Shown: positions 27,555-37,720, counted from the first letter of the stretch. The stretch: 58,394 bases of DNA from a virus (IMGVR_UViG_3300032237_001118:1-58394), one strand, 5' to 3'. A program made the numbers and translations. The notes: a model not told the origin generated them from the letters alone.

Positions 27555-28553
27555 ATGGCAACAGCAACACCTTTCGCATATAATACAGGAGGAACAATTC
27601 CTGGAACACAACAAGTTGGAAATTTATCGGTTGGAGTACCAACATCAGGATTTACAAGTAGTCCACAATTTTGGAATGGGCCTGATGAAGAATTAGGTTA
27701 TGTTATCGCAATTCCTGTTTCAGGAGGAACTCAACCAACACCAATTTCAGGAGTAACTGCGTCTCTTGGTTTTTATAGGTCAACAGGATTGACTGACAGT
27801 TCTTTCATTAATTTAACAAATAGCCTTTTCAGTCAAAGTTTTTCATCTGCAACTGAAGCCAGTATATGGTTAACAAACAATGGTTATTGGAACTCATATA
27901 TTACACCTGTTTTATATTTGGATGCGGGTAATCCATCAAGTTATCCAGGTACAGGAACTGTTTGGACTGATTTGATTGGTGGAAAAACATTCAACTTAAT
28001 TAACGGACCTGGATATGACCCAACAAATGGTGGTAAATTTTATTTTTATGCTGCAGGTGGCCAATACGCCAATTGTTCAACAAGTTTACAATCATTACCA
28101 ACATTTACAATATCTGTTTGGCATAATTGGGATGGTAATAATACTGGAGGAGAACCTTGTATATTAACTGAAGTTTACCCTGGTAATACAGGAGCAATCA
28201 ATTATATTTTAGGAGCTCCACAAGGAATAACAACTATTGCTGGATACTTTGCATCTGGATTTCAACTCTCAAATTCATTTAGCTTAACACCAAACACTTG
28301 GTATAATATTGTTGTTACTTGTGACGCAAGCCAATTGGTTACAGTTTACCTTAACGGAACGACATATGGTTCAGTAGGAACAGCAGGTGCTCAACCATCT
28401 TCAAGTCAAGGAGGAATAAATTTAATGAGAAGATGGGATAATCCTGAATTCTGGGGAGGGTATTTGGCAACCGTTGGAATATATGATAAAGCACTAACTC
28501 AATCTCAAGTTTCATCAATTTTTAACTTAACCAAATCAAGATTTGGGTTATAA
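27555..28553 (+). CDS. LamG/concanavalin A-like domain putative virion protein
   Basis: LYLDAGNPSSYPGTGTVWTDL, WYNIVVT, VGIYDKALTQSQV; N-terminal domain resembles that of 53597-56995. Confidence 0.82.
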   Translation: MATATPFAYNTGGTIPGTQQVGNLSVGVPTSGFTSSPQFWNGPDEELGYVIAIPVSGGTQPTPISGVTASLGFYRSTGLTDSSFINLTNSLFSQSFSSATEASIWLTNNGYWNSYITPVLYLDAGNPSSYPGTGTVWTDLIGGKTFNLINGPGYDPTNGGKFYFYAAGGQYANCSTSLQSLPTFTISVWHNWDGNNTGGEPCILTEVYPGNTGAINYILGAPQGITTIAGYFASGFQLSNSFSLTPNTWYNIVVTCDASQLVTVYLNGTTYGSVGTAGAQPSSSQGGINLMRRWDNPEFWGGYLATVGIYDKALTQSQVSSIFNLTKSRFGL

Positions 28554-28586
28554 TTTGATATTTATACTTAAGTAAATTACCAAACT

Positions 28587-28847
28587 ATGAACAAAATTTT
28601 ATCAGGAATCAAAAGCTTATTTTCAGATGAGCACGGAGTAATCTCCATGAAACGCCTTTGTGGACTATTATGTACACTGGCATTAACAGTTACTTTATAC
28701 CAAAATAGTTTCAGTGAACAACACGTAGCACCTTCAAGAGAATTAGTTGATGCAGTTGCTTTATTGGCGTTTGGATGCTTAGGTTTATCAAGTGTTGATA
28801 AAATCTGGGGAAAAAAACCAAAAGACACAAGCTCAGAAACTGAGTAA
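28587..28847 (+). CDS. Two-TM holin-like membrane protein
   Basis: SMKRL followed by two hydrophobic helices and a charged tail. Confidence 0.55.
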   Translation: MNKILSGIKSLFSDEHGVISMKRLCGLLCTLALTVTLYQNSFSEQHVAPSRELVDAVALLAFGCLGLSSVDKIWGKKPKDTSSETE

Positions 28848-28854
28848 TTAATTA

Positions 28855-28882
28855 AGTCCCCACTTACAAGGTGGGGATTTTT
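28855..28882 (+). terminator. Intrinsic terminator
   Basis: AGTCCCCACTT/AGGTGGGGATT stem followed by a T run. Confidence 0.8.
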
Positions 28883-28907
28883 GTTTATTATAGGTATTTA
28901 TAAAGGT

Positions 28908-30068
28908 ATGCGAGGTTTTATTAAAACATTATTAAAAGAACAAGAGGATAAGTATGATACTTTAGCTATGCTTAGAGATTATCAAGGAAGTAACAGCAAG
29001 TTGAAAGATTTAAGTTTAGAGTTGAGAGTAAAAGGTAAATTATCTAATACAAAGATTAAAGAAGCTATTACTCAATTTAAAAAAGAATTCTACGAACCAA
29101 CCATATTAAGTAGCCTACAGTTTAACAAACAAATGCAATCCCTTATCATGGATTTGGGTACTAAAGCTTATAACGATATTCTCAGAAGTAATAAAAGATT
29201 CCTGTTAAAAGATTTGAATAAAATTAAAATTGGAACACCTGAGAGAGAATGGATGAACAGAAATGTTAGTGATTTAAGATTCTTTAAGAAACATATTACC
29301 GATACGGACGAAAAGTTTAATTTTCCCGATAGAGACGAAAAAGTTAGCATATCAGATGAAGTTACCAATTTATTAAAATTGTTGGTTAAACGAGACTTTT
29401 GGGGGTTTATTGAGGGTAATGAATGGTCTATTCTTAATAAGATTAACACCAATTATACTAATTGGAGTAAATTGATTGCAAAGAGAGATAAAGAAGGTGA
29501 TTTAGGTGATAACAGTGGACCAAAAGACAAAGTAATGAATTACTTTAAACAAAGACCTGTTGAAGAAATTCATGATTTATCTGAATTTGATGAAGACCAA
29601 AAAAAAATAATTAAAACAAAAGTTCCTACTTTAAGTTTTGCAGATGAAGATATTATAACAATATTAAGAGCTGCGGATAGTCCAGATAGTGATTACGATT
29701 TCAATAAAATGAGGAATAGAATCATGAGCACAACAGATAGGGGTGATAACACTGAAAATGATTTCATTGCGTGGTTACTTTATAATGAAATTCCTGAGTC
29801 TGATATTAGAGTATTCTCATCCTATGGTAATCTTGTGGATATTACTTTCCAATGTGACCTAATGGTTAAACTTAAAGACAAATGGGTTCCAATTCAAGTT
29901 AAGAGCTCAGAAAAAACAACAAGTTCAAAATTATTAAACTATGGTATTGGTGGTATTTTAGTTTATCCTGCTCCTAAAAAGATAAAATGTGGAAAATGGG
30001 TATATCTTACAGGAACATCACTACCAAAAGACTTTGACGAAGATTTTTTAAATTTGCATTGTCAATAA
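28908..30068 (+). CDS. Protein with LLKE leader and C-terminal PD-(D/E)xK-like nuclease motif
   Basis: RGDNTE...VDITFQCDLMV...PIQVKS. Confidence 0.55.
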   Translation: MRGFIKTLLKEQEDKYDTLAMLRDYQGSNSKLKDLSLELRVKGKLSNTKIKEAITQFKKEFYEPTILSSLQFNKQMQSLIMDLGTKAYNDILRSNKRFLLKDLNKIKIGTPEREWMNRNVSDLRFFKKHITDTDEKFNFPDRDEKVSISDEVTNLLKLLVKRDFWGFIEGNEWSILNKINTNYTNWSKLIAKRDKEGDLGDNSGPKDKVMNYFKQRPVEEIHDLSEFDEDQKKIIKTKVPTLSFADEDIITILRAADSPDSDYDFNKMRNRIMSTTDRGDNTENDFIAWLLYNEIPESDIRVFSSYGNLVDITFQCDLMVKLKDKWVPIQVKSSEKTTSSKLLNYGIGGILVYPAPKKIKCGKWVYLTGTSLPKDFDEDFLNLHCQ

Positions 30069-30087
30069 TTTTTCGTATCTTTGTGTT

Positions 30088-30330
30088 ATGGCAATACCAG
30101 TTAATTCAAAAACACCGATAAAACCTACCAAATGGGAACACGTCTACGAGGACGAAGAAACTATATCTATTTGGAAATATAATTCAAAAATAACCATCGC
30201 AGGTCCTGTAGAAGTAGAAATTAAATATAAGAGAGGATACGTACATTCTAAACCTGTGAAGAAAAAAACGATAGGTGACTTAGCTAAAGAAGCTAAGAAA
30301 GATGCAAAATTAAAGAAGCCTAAGTCTTGA
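30088..30330 (+). CDS. Hypothetical basic protein
   Basis: 80-aa ORF after TATCTTTG. Confidence 0.65.
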   Translation: MAIPVNSKTPIKPTKWEHVYEDEETISIWKYNSKITIAGPVEVEIKYKRGYVHSKPVKKKTIGDLAKEAKKDAKLKKPKS

Positions 30331-30963
30331 TTCAATAATGGACTTTAATTTGATTAAAGTTTGTTTGTCTAAAGACTTAACAACATCTTTAGTGTTTTCA
30401 AGTACAAGTTTACTAAGTAGGGATTCTTGAACAGGATTTTCGTCAACTTCATATACGTCATCAAAGTCGTAATCACTTTCTTCAAAATTTTCGTAATCAG
30501 TTGGAGCTCTTTCTTCACCTTCCCACATATTCCAATTACCATCATTGCTTTGTTGTGTAGCGGAATCCTTTACCCAATCTTCATCGTAAGAATCAAACTC
30601 TTGTGACATATAGTTAGTATAACTACAAGTACCCCACGCGCTGTAATCCAACTTGTAACTTTTTGCAACAGGTATAACTAATTGTTCAATTAATTCCCTA
30701 TTATTCATTTGTTCACGATTGTTTGCAAAAAGGTCGGCAATTAAATCATCGTTAATTTCTAAAAATTTTGAAAAAAATTCAACGTCTTCTTGGGTTGCTT
30801 CAACGTTAAAATATCTTGAGACTTCTTGTAAAGTGGCATATGCAGAATCAAAATCATCAGTATATGGATTCCCAATAGGAAAATCCTCATCAACTAACTT
30901 TTCAGCAATGAATACTAATTGTTTTTTTGGTAATCTTGAAAACTGACTTTGTTCTGCCGCCAT
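30310..30963 (-). CDS. Acidic hypothetical protein
   Basis: Start MAAEQ after TATTTAT; C-terminal VQE/VLE/IIE motifs. Confidence 0.7.
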   Translation of the reverse strand: MAAEQSQFSRLPKKQLVFIAEKLVDEDFPIGNPYTDDFDSAYATLQEVSRYFNVEATQEDVEFFSKFLEINDDLIADLFANNREQMNNRELIEQLVIPVAKSYKLDYSAWGTCSYTNYMSQEFDSYDEDWVKDSATQQSNDGNWNMWEGEERAPTDYENFEESDYDFDDVYEVDENPVQESLLSKLVLENTKDVVKSLDKQTLIKLKSIIESRLRLL

Positions 30964-31003
30964 GTTAATAAATATAAAAAAAGGTGGATTTCTCCACCTA
31001 TTT

Positions 31004-31417
31004 TTATATTGTGTGTTCAATTTTTACTCTAACACAATTTTGAGGTAATCTATTAACGTGTCGATAGTTGTTAATGTATCCCATCATATTACCACTCCCA
31101 ATTGCATTTGAGGAATGAATAACTACGTCCAAAAGAGGAGCTCCGTTCATCCATTGTTCAACTAACCATTTAACACAATCCATACCAGTTTTTTCCGTGA
31201 TGTTATTGTAATCTAAAGTATAATTGTGGTATACGTTGCGATGCCATTCTGCCATTGCGGTATCTCCTAAGTCATGGTCTAAAGAAATTAATTCAATATT
31301 CTCTAATCCAATATTCGTAACAGTACTTACGAATTCATCGTAACTTCTTACTACAGTCCAATCTTTATCGACAGGAGTTCTAAGGTCATCTAAATAAATT
31401 TTAATCATTTTTTTCAT
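31004..31417 (-). CDS. Cyclic-phosphate processing receiver-like domain protein
   Basis: IYLDDLR.P...W..VRSYDEF...ISLDHDLG...TGMD..KWL...HSSN..G..NM pattern. Confidence 0.75.
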   Translation of the reverse strand: MKKMIKIYLDDLRTPVDKDWTVVRSYDEFVSTVTNIGLENIELISLDHDLGDTAMAEWHRNVYHNYTLDYNNITEKTGMDCVKWLVEQWMNGAPLLDVVIHSSNAIGSGNMMGYINNYRHVNRLPQNCVRVKIEHTI

Positions 31418-31706
31418 TGTTTTGTTTTTTAAGATAGTTTACAAGTTCTTGAAGTTTATCGGCGTCATTTGGATTAAAGATAAACTCATCCCAAGCACCA
31501 TATTTTGATTTATATCCGAACATAAATTTTACTCCATGAACCACTCGTTTCCAAAAAGATTCATATGTTGTTAAGTGTACGTGTGCATAACACATATTGT
31601 ATTTTTGCCCATTACTATATTCTTCTTCATTGTAGAAGAGTAACATTTGATGTTCATCTGAGTGACATTCACAAATAAGAACCTCTTTATCCCAAGTCTT
31701 TTTCAT
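31401..31706 (-). CDS. Hypothetical protein (ICECHSDEH motif)
   Basis: 101-aa ORF with a CxC..EH motif. Confidence 0.7.
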   Translation of the reverse strand: MKKTWDKEVLICECHSDEHQMLLFYNEEEYSNGQKYNMCYAHVHLTTYESFWKRVVHGVKFMFGYKSKYGAWDEFIFNPNDADKLQELVNYLKKQNNEKND

Positions 31707-31717
31707 AATTTTTTATT

Positions 31718-32404
31718 TTAATTGTAATACTCAACAATTTCTTTCTTTTCAACATCAAAGTCTAAAACTATAGGTTTGTTTTCATATTCATATCTTTCGT
31801 TAAGAACAGATGCATTTAGGAACTCAACACCATTAAAGTTTTTTTGTCCGTAAGCACAATGTATGTGACCACAAACATGAATTTTTGGTTGAACTTCCAT
31901 AATTCTGTGGAATAAGTCTTCACAACCAACTCTTTGACCAGTCATAGTCCAATCTAACATTCCATGTGCAGGTCCGTGAGTGATTAAGATATCAGTATTA
32001 CCAGGGATTTTTGCCCACTTTTCAGCAAGTTTTTCTCCTCTTGGTAGGTTGAATGCCCAATCGTAGAATTCAGGTTGCCAAGGGCTACCATAGAACTTCA
32101 CACCATCAATTACAACCTCACTATCAAAAAGATAGATAACACCTCTTTCTTTGAACTCGTCGGCAATATCGTGATGTAACTCAAAACCAAAATCGTGGTT
32201 TCCCGCAATGAAGATTTTATGTTTAAAATCGGTCATGGCAAACCAGTTTAAGAAATTGGTAATTTCGTGACTTTTACCCATACTGGTGCAATCACCAGCG
32301 TGGATTAAAACGTCCCCACTTCCAAGAATGTTGTTATAGGCATTACTTGTTAAGTGATTGTGTTTGTTATGAGTATCTGATATAAAAGTATATTTTTTAG
32401 TCAT
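31718..32404 (-). CDS. Calcineurin-like metallophosphoesterase
   Basis: ISDTH, HAGD, IAGNHD, LITHGP, GHIH. Confidence 0.95.
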   Translation of the reverse strand: MTKKYTFISDTHNKHNHLTSNAYNNILGSGDVLIHAGDCTSMGKSHEITNFLNWFAMTDFKHKIFIAGNHDFGFELHHDIADEFKERGVIYLFDSEVVIDGVKFYGSPWQPEFYDWAFNLPRGEKLAEKWAKIPGNTDILITHGPAHGMLDWTMTGQRVGCEDLFHRIMEVQPKIHVCGHIHCAYGQKNFNGVEFLNASVLNERYEYENKPIVLDFDVEKKEIVEYYN

Positions 32405-32417
32405 TTTATTTGAATTT

Positions 32418-32570
32418 TTAATTTAACCAATCTGTATCCTCATCGTCCCAATTTAAAAAGTCGTCTCCTTTATAGTCAGGATGATTTTCCTTCATATAAT
32501 CAATCCCTCTTACCCAAAAGTACGAAATTATTGCAACAACAATGAACATTAATAAAAAAACTTTCCACAT
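32418..32570 (-). CDS. Small single-TM protein (50 aa, not in ORF track)
   Basis: MWKVFLLMFIVVAIISYFWVRGIDYMKENHPDYKGDDFL... Confidence 0.65.
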   Translation of the reverse strand: MWKVFLLMFIVVAIISYFWVRGIDYMKENHPDYKGDDFLNWDDEDTDWLN

Positions 32571-32591
32571 ATATAATAATTTTAATTTTTA

Positions 32592-33194
32592 CTAATCCCA
32601 CCAACTTTTCATTCCTGAACCATCAAACCAATCATTCCAAACACCTTCATCTTGTTTTTCTTCATCTGTTTTACTATCGTAAATTTTACGAAATTCACTC
32701 ATATCTTGTCCGTGAACAATTAACCATAGTTCTTTCCATTCAGATATTTCAATTTCTCTAGCTCTCTCAAACACTTTTTTATTATGGATTCTTTCTTCAT
32801 CAGTGTCTTCCCTATCAGTCCATAACCAATCAGAATTTTTAAGTTTCCCTAATTCTTTTTCCGCTTCCCTAATATATTCATCACTACGAATATTCTTGAA
32901 TAATTGAATTGCTCGGTTCATCTTCTCAACTTTTTTCATTCTTGATTCTTCTATTTCATGTCCATGATTCTTAATCGTATCTACAGTTTTTTCTAATGAA
33001 CGACGAAATAAATCAAGATTATATGAATAATCCCAAGAACGAAAGGCATACAATTCTTTTCTGAAAAACCAAATGTTTTCTAAAAAGTATGGTAAGTCTC
33101 TACGAAAAAATTCGTAAGTTTTATACCACCATGTTTGGTGTCTTGATAATGTTTTTAAGGATTTCCAAAAACTATCGGCAAATTTTATTTCCAT
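32592..33194 (-). CDS. Hypothetical phage protein (ends WWD)
   Basis: 200-aa ORF with RSWDYSY and terminal SWWD. Confidence 0.75.
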   Translation of the reverse strand: MEIKFADSFWKSLKTLSRHQTWWYKTYEFFRRDLPYFLENIWFFRKELYAFRSWDYSYNLDLFRRSLEKTVDTIKNHGHEIEESRMKKVEKMNRAIQLFKNIRSDEYIREAEKELGKLKNSDWLWTDREDTDEERIHNKKVFERAREIEISEWKELWLIVHGQDMSEFRKIYDSKTDEEKQDEGVWNDWFDGSGMKSWWD

Positions 33195-33198
33195 AATA

Positions 33199-33282
33199 TT
33201 ATTTTGTTGGTCTTTTAAAGATATAATAAGTTATTCCAAGACCTATTATAATCAACGAAAGTCCTATTATTTCTACTAACAT
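33199..33282 (-). CDS. Possible 27-aa membrane peptide
   Basis: MLVEIIGLSLIIIGLGITYYIFKRPTK; TATATTTG upstream. Confidence 0.45.
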   Translation of the reverse strand: MLVEIIGLSLIIIGLGITYYIFKRPTK

Positions 33283-33295
33283 AATACAAATATAT

Positions 33296-33381
33296 GAAAA
33301 AAATAAGACCCGACAAAATAAATTTCGCGGGTCTTTTGGAAAGGGATATATGAGAACACTCCATGTGGAGCGATGTGTACA
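33296..33381 (-). ncRNA. Candidate small RNA between TATTTAT motif and terminator
   Basis: Minus strand: TATTTAT, GCTCCA/TGGAGT hairpin, ATCCCTTTCC, AAGACCCG/CGGGTCTT terminator plus T run; no ORF. Confidence 0.5.
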
Positions 33382-33425
33382 AATAAATATGAAAACTATT
33401 TAAAAAAGTCCATTTTTTACTAGCG

Positions 33426-33902
33426 TTAGAATGAATTTTTTACCCTATCTAATAATTTTTCATCAAATTTAACACCATGACGGTCTTTGAAATGTTTCAA
33501 AAGAGTTTTAATTGAATCTGTTCTACCTGCTTTTTTAAGTAAAATATATGCACCTAAATCAGCATCCATTTCTTCATTATCATTTCTTGGACCATCGTGA
33601 CCTAAAATAATATGAGATACTTCGTGAGCCTCAATAAATTTAAGTACGTCAGCACCAAATTCATCAATAAATTGTTCACCGTCAATTATTATTAAATTTT
33701 TGCCTGGTACCATAAAACCATATCCGTATTCATCAAACATGGGTTTTAATTCTTTATATTGTGGATGTTCAGAAAGAACAACCGCAATCTGTACATTAGG
33801 TAAAAATTCGCTATTGAATATTAAAGGTTCCAATTGTATTGTTTTTTCTTTTAAATATTTTCCAAAAGTTGTCACATAAACGCCCCAATATTCTTTTCTC
33901 AT
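33426..33902 (-). CDS. HExxH metallopeptidase-like protein (true start possibly TTG at 33833)
   Basis: AHEVSH...EMDAD motifs. Confidence 0.62.
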   Translation of the reverse strand: MRKEYWGVYVTTFGKYLKEKTIQLEPLIFNSEFLPNVQIAVVLSEHPQYKELKPMFDEYGYGFMVPGKNLIIIDGEQFIDEFGADVLKFIEAHEVSHIILGHDGPRNDNEEMDADLGAYILLKKAGRTDSIKTLLKHFKDRHGVKFDEKLLDRVKNSF

Positions 33903-34053
33903 CCATATTATGGTTTGAGTTAAAATATCTTGATTCCCATAGTTGAAAACATTTTAAAGTACAATTCATATGATTTTCATCTTCTGAAGACTCTAAAACT
34001 TTTAAAACCCATTCAAAATCAGTGACAGCTGTTTTAATGTTATCTTTTAACAT
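33811..34053 (-). CDS. Hypothetical protein
   Basis: 80-aa ORF. Confidence 0.55.
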   Translation of the reverse strand: MLKDNIKTAVTDFEWVLKVLESSEDENHMNCTLKCFQLWESRYFNSNHNMDEKRILGRLCDNFWKIFKRKNNTIGTFNIQ

Positions 34054-34101
34054 ATTTTATTTATTTTGGTAAAGATATTGATTTATTTCGTAAATACAAA
34101 A

Positions 34102-34953
34102 TTATGCTAATAACTTATAATATTCTTGAAAGTGTTTAATTCTATCAGGTAAACCTATAGTTCCACCATTAACTCTTTTGGTCACCAAAGTTACTGTTAC
34201 AACATCTGCCCCTTTGTCGCAAATTGACCAAAGCTTGTTTGAGTCAAAGAAAAATGCTGCAGACGCTAATGGGTATTTTGTTGCAACTAATTCAGGATTA
34301 TTAACTGTGTCTTCACCAATAAACTTAGCAAAATTCGTATAATTGTCTTTTCCTGTTAATTGGATAAAACCTCGACCACAGTATTTTGAACCGTCTCCTG
34401 AAGATTCAGGACCATTACCCATTCTACCACCATAAACTCTATTAGCAATTTTTTGAGGGTTTCTTTCATATGCTTCAGCCAAACCAGACTCTTTGAAGTA
34501 TTTTGCGAAAGTACCTTTTAAACCTTTTGCCGAATAGTTTAAATTTTCTTTTGTTAATTTAAATCCACCTGATTCGTGTCCACATTGAGCTAAAAAATGT
34601 GCCAATCTTAGTGGTGTTGTTATGTTGAATTTTTTTGCAGTATCAGGTATTTGAGCAATTACTGAATCAGGGATATGTCCTTTTAAATTTTCTAATTTAA
34701 ATCCACTTCCTGAAGGGATTGTAGTTGAAACTACAGGTGCGACGGGCGCTGGTTCTGTAATAACTTGTTGAGTTGGGAACATTTTAGTCCACGTACCTTC
34801 ACCGACAAGTCCGTCGGCAGCTAAGTCGTGGTCTATTTGCCATTTTTTAACAGCTTTTTCAGTTCCAGGTCCAAAAACGCCATCGGCGCCAAGACCTAAT
34901 TTTTCTTGGAGTTTTTTTACGTCCTCTCCTTTAGACCCAATTTTTAATAACAT
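34102..34953 (-). CDS. Endolysin: PG-binding domain plus glycoside hydrolase family 19
   Basis: N-terminal GSKGEDVKKLQ..ADGVFGPGTE; AHFLAQCGHESG, ENLNYS, GRGFIQLTGKDNY, TKRVNGG. Confidence 0.93.
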   Translation of the reverse strand: MLLKIGSKGEDVKKLQEKLGLGADGVFGPGTEKAVKKWQIDHDLAADGLVGEGTWTKMFPTQQVITEPAPVAPVVSTTIPSGSGFKLENLKGHIPDSVIAQIPDTAKKFNITTPLRLAHFLAQCGHESGGFKLTKENLNYSAKGLKGTFAKYFKESGLAEAYERNPQKIANRVYGGRMGNGPESSGDGSKYCGRGFIQLTGKDNYTNFAKFIGEDTVNNPELVATKYPLASAAFFFDSNKLWSICDKGADVVTVTLVTKRVNGGTIGLPDRIKHFQEYYKLLA

Positions 34954-35113
34954 AGTAATTTACATTTATTACTATAAATACTTTTATATTAAAAGATGTG
35001 ATGGTAGAGAGATTTAAGGGTTAAAACTTGAGTCATTTCTGAGTATTTTTTTTTATTTTTTATATCAATTAGTTAGTTAGTTGGTATTTATGAATACCAA
35101 GATACTAATTAAA

Positions 35114-35605
35114 ATGAACAAACTTCTACTGATAGTAGTGTGCGGAATGCTCACTCTACCATTAAATGATTTACACCAAACTAAAGAAATATGGGTTGAG
35201 TCTGTTTCTAACAAGATTCAAATCGGAAACCTTGCGGGTAACCGTAACCTTGAGTTTGGTGTAAAAAACGTAGTAGAAGAATTTTTACAAGAGAAAGATT
35301 TTGAACTCAATCCCGAATCAAGTGATAAAGTAGCAATTGATATTGTTTACTTGGATGTTCTAAAAACCAAATCAAATCTTTCTGTCTTTCATAAAGACGC
35401 TGAGTCCGTTGTAATCCGACTTAAAGGAACTTTAAAACACGACGGTAAAAAAATCAAAGAAGTTGTTGTTGAAGAGGAGTCTTCAGAAATATCAATGTCA
35501 ACATTGGCTATTGATAATGGTGGTAATTTTAACCAACAATCGTTAAGTAATGCTTTAAAAAAATCTAGTAATAAATTGGTTAATAAATTATTTGAAACAA
35601 AATAA
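35114..35605 (+). CDS. Exported protein, CsgG/LptE-like alpha-beta fold candidate
   Basis: Hydrophobic N-terminus; EIWVESVSN...FGVKNVVEEFL and C-terminal helix ALKKSSNKLV. Confidence 0.5.
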   Translation: MNKLLLIVVCGMLTLPLNDLHQTKEIWVESVSNKIQIGNLAGNRNLEFGVKNVVEEFLQEKDFELNPESSDKVAIDIVYLDVLKTKSNLSVFHKDAESVVIRLKGTLKHDGKKIKEVVVEEESSEISMSTLAIDNGGNFNQQSLSNALKKSSNKLVNKLFETK

Positions 35606-35607
35606 AA

Positions 35608-37719
35608 ATGAAAAAATTTTTAATTGTAGGGTTTTTAATGATGTCCTTAACATCGTTCAGTCAAATTAAATTTAAGTTCCCTGATACAAGGGTTCTTACC
35701 GATGTAAATGGTGGTGTAATTGATAGGGGAGACCAATTCGATGTTATAGTTCATGCTAATGGTAATAACGATGCAACAACAAGACAATTAATGTTCGATT
35801 TTCAATATGACCAAACAAACTTTGAGGTAGTTTCAGTTAATCATACAGGTACAGGTGGAAATGGTGGAATACTTCCTGGCGGTTCAAATATACAATTATC
35901 TTGGCAAAATTACCCAAATTATTCTTACGCAGGAAATAGTACTTACACAAATGGCACTCAAAGATATACCGCTAACGCAACTTACACGTATAATCCTACT
36001 GGCTCTAATGCAATTCTTAGAGCTACCATAACTTGGGCAACAACTTCATCAATGCCTTACACGTCTTATGATAGAATGTTAATTGTAAGGTTTAAATTAA
36101 AAGCAACATCAACGGCAAATTCATTTAATCCAGTTAAATTAAACTTTGTTGCTGGATGGAATGCTCAAGGTGTTGGAGTTGCAACATATATGGATACTCC
36201 ATTGTCAACTGAAGTAATAATGAACCAAAACACAGGTAAATTTATAACTGCTAAAGTTGATATTAATTCTAATTTACTTGCTTTATCGGATATTAAAGTT
36301 TCATTTAGAGATACTGCCAGCGGAACTGGACAATTATTTAATGTATTATCAAATGGTAATGTTGATATTTCTCAAGCATTATTATCTGAAAACAAAGTTT
36401 ATGAAGTGACTGTAATGCACAACATAGATAAAACAAATGCAATTTACAACGGAGCAATTACAATATCGGACTTTACCACAGCTCAAGGTGAATTCACATC
36501 AATGGGATTAGATGGTAGTAATGGTCAAATTTTAAAAACAGGTCAATCTTTATACGCGGCTGACATCAATAGAAATAAAATTATAGACGGTGGTGATTTA
36601 CCAAGATTATTGGCTCAAGTAGTTGGATTAGATACACTTGTAACGGTTCCTACAGGATATGTTATGGGTAGTGGAGGTTATATGAGTTTACCTACTTGGA
36701 GAGCAACAGATGCAACAAGTATTGCGGGTCAAACGGAATGGTGTGTTGTTAATGTTGACGGGTATGGTTCTGGTCAAGCAAGAGTTTACATTGATATGAG
36801 AAAATTTGCAGGCTCAACAATATTACCTGAAGATATTAAAAGTTTACAATTATTTGACTTGTATTCAGGACCTGTTGAATTTGTTAGTAAAGACGCTTCG
36901 TGGGCTTTCTATAAAGTACCATCAAGTTTTACAAGTATATCAACATCAATATTCGCACCTTACATTAGAACTATGGGTAATAATGATTACGGTCTTAAGG
37001 CTGAATTTTCATTTAATACAAATCCTTCTAATTCATGGGGGTCAATAAAAACAACAAATTGGAAAGACATTACATATCCTAAAACATATGTTAAAACAGG
37101 AGTTTTAGGAACAAACGAAATTGTTGAATTAAAGTACCTTTTATGGGGTGATGTAAATCGTTCACACTCTTCACAAGTAGTTACAAGTTCAAATGGAACA
37201 AGCACAGTTCAAACAAATGCGGTGAATAGTTTAATGACTAACTCTGCATTCAGAACTATGGCAACACAATCTACATCATTTATTAACACACCAAATGAAA
37301 TTTCATCTATCGATGTTAATTTATCTAACATCACAGTAACATCAAATACTGTAGAAATTCCAGTAACACTTAACACAAACGGAAATAGTGTTGGTGGATT
37401 ACAATTTGAATTTGACTACGACAATACCAAATTAAACTTTGAAGAATTGAAATCAGAGGTTCCAAATTCTTGGTACATCTTTGCAAATTCCAAAAGTGGT
37501 AAAGTTAAATTTGGAGCAATTGACCAAAACAACAAAACATCGATTAACGGAAATTTAACACCATTTAAAATCAGATTTTCAACAATTGGAAATGGAGTAG
37601 ACATTTTAACATCCGTTAAAGTTTCTCCAACTATGGACGTTAGTAGTTCAAACGGAATTCAATTAGGTATTAATTTGAATACTACACAAATAAAATTAAC
37701 AGGATATAAAAACTTCTAA
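35608..37719 (+). CDS. Exported cohesin-like/dockerin-like modular protein
   Basis: Signal peptide ending SFS-Q; cohesin-like FDFQYDQTNFEV and GLQFEFDYDNTKLNF; dockerin-like ADINRNKIIDGGDL and WGDVN. Confidence 0.65.
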   Translation: MKKFLIVGFLMMSLTSFSQIKFKFPDTRVLTDVNGGVIDRGDQFDVIVHANGNNDATTRQLMFDFQYDQTNFEVVSVNHTGTGGNGGILPGGSNIQLSWQNYPNYSYAGNSTYTNGTQRYTANATYTYNPTGSNAILRATITWATTSSMPYTSYDRMLIVRFKLKATSTANSFNPVKLNFVAGWNAQGVGVATYMDTPLSTEVIMNQNTGKFITAKVDINSNLLALSDIKVSFRDTASGTGQLFNVLSNGNVDISQALLSENKVYEVTVMHNIDKTNAIYNGAITISDFTTAQGEFTSMGLDGSNGQILKTGQSLYAADINRNKIIDGGDLPRLLAQVVGLDTLVTVPTGYVMGSGGYMSLPTWRATDATSIAGQTEWCVVNVDGYGSGQARVYIDMRKFAGSTILPEDIKSLQLFDLYSGPVEFVSKDASWAFYKVPSSFTSISTSIFAPYIRTMGNNDYGLKAEFSFNTNPSNSWGSIKTTNWKDITYPKTYVKTGVLGTNEIVELKYLLWGDVNRSHSSQVVTSSNGTSTVQTNAVNSLMTNSAFRTMATQSTSFINTPNEISSIDVNLSNITVTSNTVEIPVTLNTNGNSVGGLQFEFDYDNTKLNFEELKSEVPNSWYIFANSKSGKVKFGAIDQNNKTSINGNLTPFKIRFSTIGNGVDILTSVKVSPTMDVSSSNGIQLGINLNTTQIKLTGYKNF

Positions 37720-37720
37720 A

